From: Octopus sinensis
Lineage: Eukaryota
DNA: 22,407 nt
Direction: 5' to 3'
Assembly (NCBI RefSeq): GCF_006345805.1
Contig: NW_021824600.1
Coordinates: 1 to 22,407, forward strand
Part shown: positions 9,863-19,607 of the stretch, in pieces
Layout: every line of letters begins with the position of its first letter
How positions within the stretch are numbered: position 1 is the first letter of the stretch
The notes under the pieces: model-generated
Databases searched by the model: none
What the model saw: only the letters and a program-made list of their open reading frames with translations
What the model was told of the DNA's origin: nothing
Position numbers and translations under genes: made by a program

Positions 9863-10846
9863 TATCTTTTTAATATAGGGACAAGGCCTGATATATAGAA
9901 GGGACATACAACGGACATGCGGGGACATAAAGACGGATGAAAAATCATAAATGAAATTAACACAAATATGATGCAAATGAGACGGCCACCTCGCCCCCGA
10001 TTCGAGATGAACCGTGAATACCTTCACAATAAACTTTACAATTAGACTTTATGATTAAACATACAAATAAACTTTACAATTAACTTAACAATTAGACTTT
10101 ACAATTAACTTTAAAACTACCTCTAGTTTCGCTTCAATGTGAAACTGTGACCTTTCCTTTCATTTTTTCCTTTAATTTAACCGTTCATATGTGTCCTTTT
10201 ACAACAGAAAAATAAACGTTTCTTTTGCAGTTTTTAATTACTTGTCCATTCATCAGCCCTTTTTCCATTATTGTCTTTTTTTTAAACATAATTTACAGTG
10301 GTCACCTTCTTTTTTTCCTGTTGCAATTTTTCCATAATTTATTATACTTACTTATTTTCCATCCTATCTCGTTATGTTTTTCTCCATATTTCTGTTTTCC
10401 TCGATGCTTCTTGCGTCTTCCGTTTCCTTGCTCTTCTAGTTCTCCTCTCCACCGTAATTCGATTGTCTGTATTTTTCGCATTCTTCCTTGGCTGTATTTC
10501 CATCCGACTGCAATTCCTCACCTTTCTTCTTCACACCTTTGTCATTCGCCTCCTGGCTCTTTTGCTCCATTTCCTCGTCGCTTTATACTTCCACCTCCTC
10601 TTCTGATATCTCTGTTACTGGTGCTTCTACATTTTCTGTTTCTCGTTGGATTTCTTCTTCCATACTTTTGCACCTTTTTATTTCTGCTGTTGGTGGTGAC
10701 TTCTTTCTTTCACCCTTTTTGCTTTTTATCTCTTCTAGTCTTTCTTTTTCTGCCAGTTTTACTTTTTCTGTCTGTTCTCTTTTCCTTTGTTCTTTCATTT
10801 TTTCTTCTTGTATTTCTCTTGCTATCTCCTCAACTAGTTTACAATA
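9863..10846 (-). mobile_element. 5'-truncated retroposed element: Lys/Glu-rich ORF1-like remnant, 3' UTR and A-rich tail, with no RT
   Basis: Flanked by a diverged TSD (tttagcttgatgt 9850-9862 / tttagcctggggt 10847-10859). Minus strand reads YCKLVEEIAREIQEEKMKEQRKREQ...EEEVEV*SDEEMEQKSQE...GDHCKLCL..., then a UTR with aattgtaaagtt repeats, and ends ...ccttgtccctatattaaaaagata. Confidence 0.75.
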
Positions 10847-11220
10847 TTTAGCCTGGGGTGCCGGTGTTTCTCCTTTCCCTACGCACTATCTTCGGCACTT
10901 GGCATTTCTTTAGAGAACCTATTTTTCGTCACCAGTCACTATTCGGTTCCCCAAAAATTTATTTGTGGGACGTGACAGCAAAGAAGAGCACACATTCACT
11001 CTGTGTGCGCGAGTAGACTCGGAAAGTTTGTGAGAAATCGATTGACCCAATTTTCTGACTTTTGCGATAGCAAGCTGGTGTTGAAAAATAGTTGAATGAT
11101 CAAATCGAAGCTTCTCTGCTAGTTCCTCAACAGCAACGATGGGACTTTTTTCCACCCGGGCTTGCAGGACGTCCTGACGAGATCTGCAGTTCATTCAGCA
11201 CGTGGCTCATTTTCAAGACT
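10847..11220 (-). mobile_element. Decayed mariner transposase, 5' part (HTH to first catalytic Asp)
   Basis: SLENEPR...VLQARVEKSPIVAVEELAEKLRFDHSTI...KVRKLGQ.ISHKLSE...RVNVCSSLLSR...RIVTGDEK...CVGKGETPAPQAK. It joins the QAKEGLHPRK of 9384-9862. Confidence 0.92.
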
Positions 11221-11300
11221 ACACACACACACACACACACATACACACATACACACTCATACACACATACACACACATACACACATATATACACACACAC
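11221..11300. repeat. (CA)n microsatellite
   Basis: Direct inspection. Confidence 0.95.
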
Positions 11301-11302
11301 AT

Positions 11303-11560
11303 TTGTATATATATGTTATATGTGTGCGTATGTGTCTCTGTGTTTGTGTTGTATCCCCACCAGCGCTTGACAACCGGTGCTGGGGTATTTACGTCCGCAT
11401 AACTTAGCAGTTTCGGCAGGAAATATCAATAGGATGAGTATCAGGCTTTAATGACTTAATTACTTAATTACTGGAGTCGAGTCATTCGAGTAAAAAATCT
11501 TCAAGGCTGTGCCCTAGCGTGGCTGCATTCTAATGACTGAATCAAGTATAAATCAAGTAT
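11303..11560 (+). mobile_element. Diverged SINE family A-related 3' half
   Basis: gcttgacaaccggtgctggggtatttacgtcc...ttagcagtttcggcagga...taatgactgaatcaagtataaa parallels 9181-9350. Confidence 0.75.
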
Positions 11561-11687
11561 AAAATATATGTAAACAGAGAGAGGGGGGGGGAAGAGAAGA
11601 GGGGAAAAAGAGAGGAACAGAGAGAAACAGAGGAAAAAATAAGAGAGAGTAGAATAAAAATGTTCTTGGTAATATACAGCATAGTAT

Positions 11688-11689
<2 letters not shown>

Positions 11690-11748
<59 letters not shown>

Positions 11749-11761
11749 TCAATAGTAGTAA

Positions 11762-11804
<43 letters not shown>

Positions 11805-11805
11805 T
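11690..11805. repeat. (AAT)n microsatellite
   Basis: Direct inspection. Confidence 0.97.
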
Positions 11806-11914
11806 ACATCCGAAAACTGGTGAAGGTTATTTATCATTTCGTTTTCAGTCTACGGAGAAACAGCTAAATTAGCTCTGTTCATAAAGGTACTACGAAGGGA
11901 TACTGAAAAGTTTA

Positions 11915-12335
11915 GGATCTTTTCGGTTTGAACGGCAGTTTTTAACATAATTTCTAGGTAACTAAACACTTTTAAACTTCGTATACTGGTAGAATGTGTT
12001 TATAAAACATCTTTTTCTCTTGGCTTTATTGAGAAAATTCTATAGTTTGTAAGATATTTGTTGTTTTTTTTTCAATTTTTGCAATTTCAACCAATCAGTG
12101 ACGTCCATTGAGGTGAAAAACATTCTGTGCAGTATGAATATGTCCCTCGTTTAAGAAACAGATTGGGTTTATTTACATTTGTGAAGAAAAAGAGATACCC
12201 TTCCCCCCACCCCTAACCCTAACCCCAACCCTAAAATAGATAGAAATGGAATAGATCGATACTAGGGTCATAATTATGGGTGATAATTTCATATGACACC
12301 GCTAGAAAAAACTGCCGTTCAAACCGAAAAGATCC
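11915..12335. mobile_element. MITE with perfect 29-bp TIRs, an 8-bp TSD (7/8 match) and internal telomere-like repeats
   Basis: ggatcttttcggtttgaacggcagttttt (11915-11943) / aaaaactgccgttcaaaccgaaaagatcc (12307-12335). Flanks are aaagttta (11907-11914) and aaagtttc (12336-12343). ccctaaccctaaccccaaccctaa lies at ~12211-12234. Confidence 0.9.
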
Positions 12336-12502
12336 AAAGTTTCTGGCATTGGGCAAAAGAAAATATAGGGGGATCAGTTAATTACGATTTTAATCAAGAT
12401 ATTCCCCTCTCAGATTCACATACTTATTGCAGCGGTCCTTCAGTCTTTCTAAGCCCTGCAAAAGAACTCAGAAGGTTGGGACTCCAGCCTGGCCTCTCAT
12501 GT

Positions 12503-12812
12503 GGAGACACATGGCCCAGTGGTTAGAGCAGCGGACTCGCAGTCGAGGGATCGCGGGTTCGAATCTCAGACCGGGAGATGTATGTGTTTATGAGCGAAAA
12601 CGCCTAAGTTCCACGCGGCTCCGGCAGAAGGTAATGGTGAACTTCTGCTGACTCTTTTGCCACAACTTTCTCTCACTCTTTCCTCCTGCATCTTGCAGCT
12701 CACCTGCGACGGACCGGCGTCCCGTCCAGGTGGGGAACCTATATGTCAAGGAAACCGGCCCTTATGAGCCAGGCATGGCTTGAGAAGGAACAAACAAAAA
12801 ACAAACAAACAA
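12503..12812 (+). mobile_element. tRNA-derived SINE, family C, with TSD
   Basis: A-box tggcccagtgg and B-box ggttcgaatct, then a body and an (AAAC)n tail. TSD gcctctcatg (12492-12501) / gccactcacg (12813-12822). Confidence 0.9.
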
Positions 12813-13261
12813 GCCACTCACGACACTCTTCAAGTCATGGACTTTTCATCGACCCCCTCGTATATAGCTAACGTACAACATCTCCCTACCAAATGCCTGA
12901 AAGTTTATTCTTTAAAGTAATCTAAACTTGGGATTTGAAAATTTATTCTTCCTCCCATAATTATGGAAATATCAATAATAATTTTATTCTGACAAGTTAA
13001 TTCACTTGTAAGTTTTATGTATAAATTTGTCAATATTCTCTTCAAATATAAATCTATTACCATTTTAGATTACTTTCCGTAATAAACATGTTGACAGCTT
13101 CACTCACATAAAATAGCCCAGGAAATCTAAATCCACCAACCAACCCCACCGGCTGTCCCCTCTTCACTTATCTTATTTTCTTTTGCGCTTCCTTCATCTT
13201 CTACAGTGTGTAATATTTTAACATTTTTATTGATTTCTTTCCAGCTCCCTAATAAATAATC

Positions 13262-13494
13262 GCACACACACACACACAGACACACACGCGCGCGCGCGCG
13301 CACACACACACACTCACACACACAGGCACAAACAAACACACATGCACACACATACAAACACGCGAACACCCACCAACACACACGCAAACGCATGTATGTA
13401 TGATATATATGTATATTTATGTGTATATATGTGTATATACATACATGGATATATACATGCATACATACATACATACATACATACATACACATAC

Positions 13495-13540
<46 letters not shown>
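13262..13540. repeat. Compound (CA)n/(CG)n/(TACA)n/(TA)n microsatellite
   Basis: Direct inspection. Confidence 0.95.
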
Positions 13541-13543
<3 letters not shown>

Positions 13544-14030
13544 AGGTGCGTAAGATATTTGAGAACAGATTTATGTTTATAAAAACCCAGATATATAATA
13601 ACAGATAATAAATTTATCAAAAAATGCTATGAGGATAAAAATAAACCTTCTTTTCTATAATGTTATTCAATAAAGCCACCTCCAGCTTCAACAACTGCTT
13701 CTATCCGAGATCTAAATCATCTACATGCTCGGATCCTTTTGGACATTACTCTCACTATGGCAGCTTTCAAAGAATCTTTGCTGTTATGGGCGTGTTCATC
13801 GACTTCTCTCAACAACACTCCACATGTAATAATCCAATGGATTGATATCTGGAGAATTAGGAGGCCAAATGTTAGGGGTTATGTGTTTATGAAGATTTTT
13901 CAGCCATCCATTCCTGTGTAACTAGGGGCATGTGTGATAGTGCAGTCTTACTGAAACACATATGGCCTTCCAGCGCATACGCTGTCTATCCAGAGCTTAA
14001 CAATTCATTCTAGGACCTCAATGTAGGCGG
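13540..14030 (-). mobile_element. Decayed Tc1/mariner transposase 3' part, DD37D (maT)-like
   Basis: Minus strand reads AAYIEVLE*IVKLWIDSVCAGRPYVFQ*D...LVTQEWMAE.NLHKHITPNIWPPNSPDINPLDYYMWSVVER...FRSRIEAVVEAGGGFIE* (stop at 13663-13665). Repairing two frameshifts gives 37 residues between the FQxD Asp and the NPLD Asp. Confidence 0.85.
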
Positions 14031-14044
14031 CAGAATTATATACA

Positions 14045-14425
14045 TATATCTGTTGTTGTGTATAGGGATGGTCATGTTGCCAGTTTAGCCAATAAAAACA
14101 CACGCACTGTATATTTGGTGTTAATTTGCTTCAGCTTTATTTTATTTATAACATTTATCCCATTTCGGCCAGATTTCTATCGTCACACTTTTGTGACCTT
14201 ATCAGTGGTCCTTTGCTTTCTTTTTTCTTATTTGTGTGTCTCTCCTTACTAACGATCAGCCGTTATGTGTTTCTCTCCTTGTTTTTTGTGTGTGCCTTCC
14301 TGTAGAAGAGCGTAGGCTCGAAACGTAAAAGACTTTTTCTATTCCTGAGCGTTATACTAATACATCTGTTTGTTTTGTACACTATCTGTCTTCGTCTTTT
14401 GTTGTTTTTTTCGTAACCTCTCCCT
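14045..14425 (+). mobile_element. Repeat of the 2745-3245 family with a hammerhead-like motif; Penelope-like terminal repeat candidate
   Basis: Matches the reverse complement of 3027-3230, including ttatttgtg..tctc.ccttactaac..tcagcc. A hammerhead-like core lies at 14300-14327. Confidence 0.7.
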
Positions 14426-14834
14426 ATATATATATACATATGAAAGCAGTAACTCTACAGAGATGTAATGTTTATCGCCACTCAAATATGACTCTTCGGT
14501 AGGAGCCGACGATGCTGTTATTTTTAACACCAGAAGGACGCTTCCTCCAACCAATTATTCGATGCAACCTGCACTCGCTATATATTACAAGCAGGGGAGT
14601 TAACCCATACCACCTCCCAGCCACAAGACCGTTCGCTTTCGATCTTTTTGTGTTCATCCTAGCAGTAATTTCGATTCCTACAGAACATACATGTTTATGT
14701 GGTGATAAACATTGGTTTTATAAAGTTTTTCCAAGTAGTTAATTTGCCTGTTGCAAGATCGGTAGTTCCGTCTTCAATTAATTTCTATACACTGCAAGCT
14801 GAAGTGGACCACTGCTTTCTGTAGCGGACGAATA

Positions 14835-14885
14835 TCCTCCACTGATGATGACCACAAAGAAGTCGAAACCGTCTCGCCGGTTGCT
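14835..14885 (+). ncRNA. Hammerhead-ribozyme-like core motif
   Basis: CTGATGA (14842-14848), T, GAC...GTC stem II and GAAA (14865-14868), followed by CCGTC. Stem I pairing is poor. Confidence 0.4.
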
Positions 14886-14912
14886 CTTGTGGCTGACACA
14901 CACACACACACA

Positions 14913-14959
<47 letters not shown>

Positions 14960-15072
14960 TATATATATATATAATGATAAACATTTACTGTTTGATATAA
15001 CTTATTTAGATAATTAAAAACATTTAAATAATCCTCGATATAAATAATATAGAGTTGTCATTCTTTCGTTGT

Positions 15073-15075
15073 TAC

Positions 15076-15109
<34 letters not shown>

Positions 15110-15152
15110 CATTATTATCATTATTATATTATTATTATTATTATTATTATTA

Positions 15153-15185
<33 letters not shown>

Positions 15186-15537
15186 TATTATTAATATTAT
15201 TATTATATTTATTATTATATTTATTATTATTATTAATATTATTATTATTGATATCATTATTATTATTATTATTATTATAAATATTATTATTATTATTATT
15301 ATAAATATTATTATTATTATTATTAATATTATTATTATTATTGTTATTATTATTATTATTATTATCATTATTATTATAACTATTATTATTATTATTATTA
15401 ATATTATTATTATTATTATTATTATTGTTATTATCATTATTATTATTATTAATATTATTATTATTATAATATTATTATTATGTAAAAAAATTAATTATTT
15501 ATGGAAACCGCTGATGTTATTCAGAAAAGTATTATTA

Positions 15538-15581
<44 letters not shown>

Positions 15582-15595
15582 TATTATTATTATTA
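15073..15595. repeat. Long imperfect (ATT)n microsatellite, with a short interruption at ~15480-15530
   Basis: Direct inspection. Confidence 0.97.
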
Positions 15596-16146
15596 TATAC
15601 ATATTCAATATTATTTGGATAAAAACCTCATAGCGTGCATTTCAGAGCTCTTTTGCAGTTGTCGGCTACCACATGCTGCCATACAGTATGTTTATTCTTT
15701 TTACTGGAAATTACTTGCAGAAGTCCGTTACAGTATAGATACTTCATATAAAAAAGTTTCATAAACCAAGAAGATGGAATGAAGAAGTTTTATTTGAAAA
15801 AACATAGCCATTGTCACTATACAGTGGTAACAGCTGCAAGTTGCTGCTTTGTGCATATCATGCTATTATATAGAGCTGCGGATTTTTGCTTATCATGATA
15901 TTCTATAAAGAATTACGCAAATGAATCTCAAAGTTATGAAAGCAACTCACCGGAGGCCGTGCTGGTACACAGTTAAGTAATGGACCATATTTACTTATGC
16001 AATTATTTCTAAAATAAACTACTTAATAGTATGGTATAGGAAACATGGAAACTAACAGCTGTTTCCACTCTTCAGACGCAATTGTATTTTGCGACGGAAG
16101 CCATTTTATTTCAACGACTTGGATTATAAGTTTATATGTATGCGTC

Positions 16147-16370
<224 letters not shown>

Positions 16371-16376
16371 TATGTA

Positions 16377-16794
16377 GGCGCAGGAGTGGCTGTGTCGTGA
16401 GTAGCCTGTCTACCAACAACATGGTTCCGGGTTCAGTCCCACTGCGTGGCACCTTAGGCAAGTGTCTTCTACTATAGCCTCGGGTCAACCAAAGCCTTGT
16501 GAGTGGATTTGGTAGACGGAAACTGAAAGAAGACTGTCGTATATATATATTTATATATATATATATGTATGCGTATGTGTGTTTGTGTGTCTGTGTTTGT
16601 CCCTCTAGCATTGATTGACAACAGATGCTGGTGTGTTTATGTCCCCGTTACTTAGCGGTTCGGCAAAAGAAACCGATAGAATAAGTACTGGGCTTACAAA
16701 AGAATAAGTTCCGCGGTCGAGTTGCGCGATTAAAGGCGGCGCTCCAGCATGGCCGCAGTCAACTGACTGAAACAAGTAGAAGAGTAAAAAGAGT
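16377..16794 (+). mobile_element. Full-length SINE family A
   Basis: Colinear with and highly similar to 8956-9367. Confidence 0.95.
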
Positions 16795-16853
16795 ATATCT
16801 ATCTATATATATATATATATACATATATATATACATATACATACATACATACA

Positions 16854-16896
<43 letters not shown>

Positions 16897-17081
16897 GTAT
16901 TAAGAGGCGGGATATAATATCCAGGTAGGAATCGTATTTCTCTTTGTAAAGGTACAAGGCTGGATCTTTCAGACGATGCATTTTATGGTAAAACTTAACT
17001 CCCACCCAACGTTACAGCTTATTCCTTGGCTATCTATATATGTATATATGTATGTATATATATATGTATGTATGTATATAC

Positions 17082-17124
<43 letters not shown>

Positions 17125-17249
17125 ATAAAGGGTTTTATTATAATTATTATAACCCTTACCAAATATGGTCTTTTCCATACCGACAAATCTACTAGGTGAA
17201 ATTGATTAATTTTATTAAATTAATTATATTCCACCCTTTATTGAATAAT

Positions 17250-17265
17250 ATATATATATATATAT

Positions 17266-17344
<79 letters not shown>

Positions 17345-17360
17345 TAGCTATATATATATA
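17250..17360. repeat. (TA)n/(GATA)n microsatellite
   Basis: Direct inspection. Confidence 0.97.
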
Positions 17361-17362
17361 TG

Positions 17363-17573
17363 CTCTCTTTTACTCTTTTACTTGTTTCAGTCAGTTGACT
17401 GCGGCCATGCTGGAGCACCACCTTTAGTCGAGCAAATCGACCCCGGGACTTATTCTTTGTAAGCACAGTACCTATTCTATCGGTCTCTTTTGCCGAACTG
17501 CTAAGTGACGGGGCCGTAACACACCAGCATCGGTTGTCAAGCAATGCTAGGGGGACAAACACAGACACACAAT

Positions 17574-17639
<66 letters not shown>

Positions 17640-17819
17640 TATATATACATATATACGACAGGCTTCTTTCAGTTTCCGTCTACCAAATCCACTCACAGAG
17701 CATTGGTCGGCCCGGGGGCTATAGCAGAAGACACTTGCCCAAGATGCCACGCAGTGGGACTGAACCCGGAACCATTTGGTTGATTACCAAGCTACTTACC
17801 ACACAGCCACTCCTGCGTG
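17363..17819 (-). mobile_element. Full-length SINE family A
   Basis: Reverse complement is colinear with 8956-9367, from the head (acgcaggagtggctgtgtggtaagtagc) to the aagtaaaagagtaaaagag tail. Confidence 0.95.
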
Positions 17820-18149
17820 TTTCGTGGTCTGCTACCACAACGGCTCATTTAGAGGATCCAGTTAGCTCAAGACATCATTGGGAGGAACCACGTCCGGTTT
17901 CGGACCCTACTCCTCTACTGTTTTGACGTTGCGGGACCCCCTTTTGGAGGTGTCTTCAGCTCTAGTGTTGGGTGCATGTCTTCTATCTTCCTCTTTCTCC
18001 TGTTCCCTGGCCTCTTCGATGTATCGTCAGCGAGTGTCAGCCAGTGACTGACTGTCTTGTCAAATTTTTCCCTTTAAATACCTGTCGCATAGGCTCCAGC
18101 AGGCAGCCCCAGCAAGTTGTCACGTGGCACTGTCTCGAGGAATAAAAAG

Positions 18150-18606
18150 CAAGTAAGTAACAAGGATGTTCAAGTATCAGTGTATTACGGCCATTTCAAG
18201 CGGCTCCATTTAATCTATCAATGAAAACATTACATCAATTTGAAATAAATTGCTCTCCTCGGAGGGAGACGACCATATAGATCTCCAACATACAAGATAC
18301 ATCATTATAATTTTTTAGCAAATTTTATACGAGTGCTTGAGACTAAAATAATTACATTGCTTCGCTTTGCTGCTACCACAAAAATAGCAAAGATAGCAAT
18401 ATAATTATTTTAGTCCCTAGCACTCATGTAAGATTTGCTAAAAAATTATAACGATGTATCCTGTAGGTTGAAAATCTATATGGTCGTCTGCTGCCGAGGA
18501 GAGCGGTTTATTTTAAATTGATGTAATGTTTTCATTGATCGATTAAAAGGAGCCGCTTGAAACGGCCGTAATGCATTGATACCTGGACATTCTTGTTATT
18601 TATTTT
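18150..18606. mobile_element. Long foldback palindrome (~220-bp arms, ~12-nt loop)
   Basis: e.g. tacggccatttcaagcggctcc vs ggagccgcttgaaacggccgta, and ctaaaataattacattgct vs agcaatataattattttag. The centre is ctttgct...agcaaag. Confidence 0.88.
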
Positions 18607-18609
18607 ACC

Positions 18610-18665
<56 letters not shown>
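18610..18665. repeat. (TATC)n microsatellite
   Basis: Direct inspection. Confidence 0.95.
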
Positions 18666-18666
<1 letters not shown>

Positions 18667-19149
18667 ATCTATACACCTATCTATACATAAGTAGATAAAA
18701 TATTTTAGTTGGCAATTTTGATACTATGTGAATGAATAAAATAGAGAAACCTGTTTACGCTGGATGTGGGTAAGTAGTAGGCAGGTAACGGGGAACATCG
18801 CTACGTATGTAGGTATGTTATTCGTTAGTAGATGCGAAGGTAGTGAAGGGTTGGTTAGTACTTGTATGAGGGAGTATATATGTATATAGAGATATTGACA
18901 AGTCTACAGGAAGGCAAATTAGTTGAGTAGGAGGGAGAAAAAAGAAAATACGTTTGAGTAGTTAGGGAGGTAAGTACGTAGATAAGAAAGAAACTCGGTT
19001 ATTTCGTACTAAGAGAAGCAAATTTCTTATTGATTAGATATATAAATAGATAAGTGAATAGTTTGGAAAATATGTGGAAAATGATAAAGAAGCGTTTGGT
19101 ATTTAAGTATGAAGATTTCTGTATGTATATAATTAAATAAATAGAAGGG

Positions 19150-19198
<49 letters not shown>

Positions 19199-19486
19199 GC
19201 ATGAAAAAAGATAGGATTTGTATGTAAATAAATGGTTTTGTAAACAGATTCAGGATACGCTGTTTACACTGGGAATATCTACAGAAAACATATATTAAGG
19301 TAATAAATCAGGAAAGAATCTTAATTCAATGCTGCTGATTTGTCAGTAAAGGGTTTCATCCTCTCCTCGTCTCAAGTAATAGATTGTTAAGTAATAACAC
19401 GTAACAGGTAAGATGGTGAGAACGTTGAAACAATAACAAGCAAAACGAAAAGCTTACCAATGAAGAAAATTCTCGATATATCAACA

Positions 19487-19570
19487 TGTGTGTGTGTGTG
19501 TGCTTGTGTGGTCTGTGTGTGTGTGTGTGTGTGTATCTGTGAATGTATGTGTGGGTGTTGAATACATATA

Positions 19571-19607
<37 letters not shown>

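Larger units (their letters stand above)
11891..12862. mobile_element. Short mariner-type non-autonomous element (TA TSD), interrupted by two insertions
   Basis: Ends tacgaagggatactgaaaag (11891) and cttttcatcgaccccctcgta (to 12862) form imperfect TIRs with TA at both ends. Removing the two inserts leaves a continuous ~230-bp element. Confidence 0.75.

Noticed and set aside
10225-10913. Three overlapping hydrophobic + strand ORFs (208, 102 and 141 aa)
   Set aside because: They are antisense shadows of the Lys/Glu-rich minus-strand frame.
12211-12234. Telomere or chromosome-fusion site
   Set aside because: Only about four imperfect CCCTAA units, located inside a MITE.
12503-12575. Genuine tRNA gene
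   Set aside because: It has A and B boxes but no convincing cloverleaf or acceptor stem, and it continues into a SINE body with a tail and TSD.
19347-19413. Strong donor-like CAG|GTAAGA with upstream acceptors
   Set aside because: All three frames of the implied exons contain stops.
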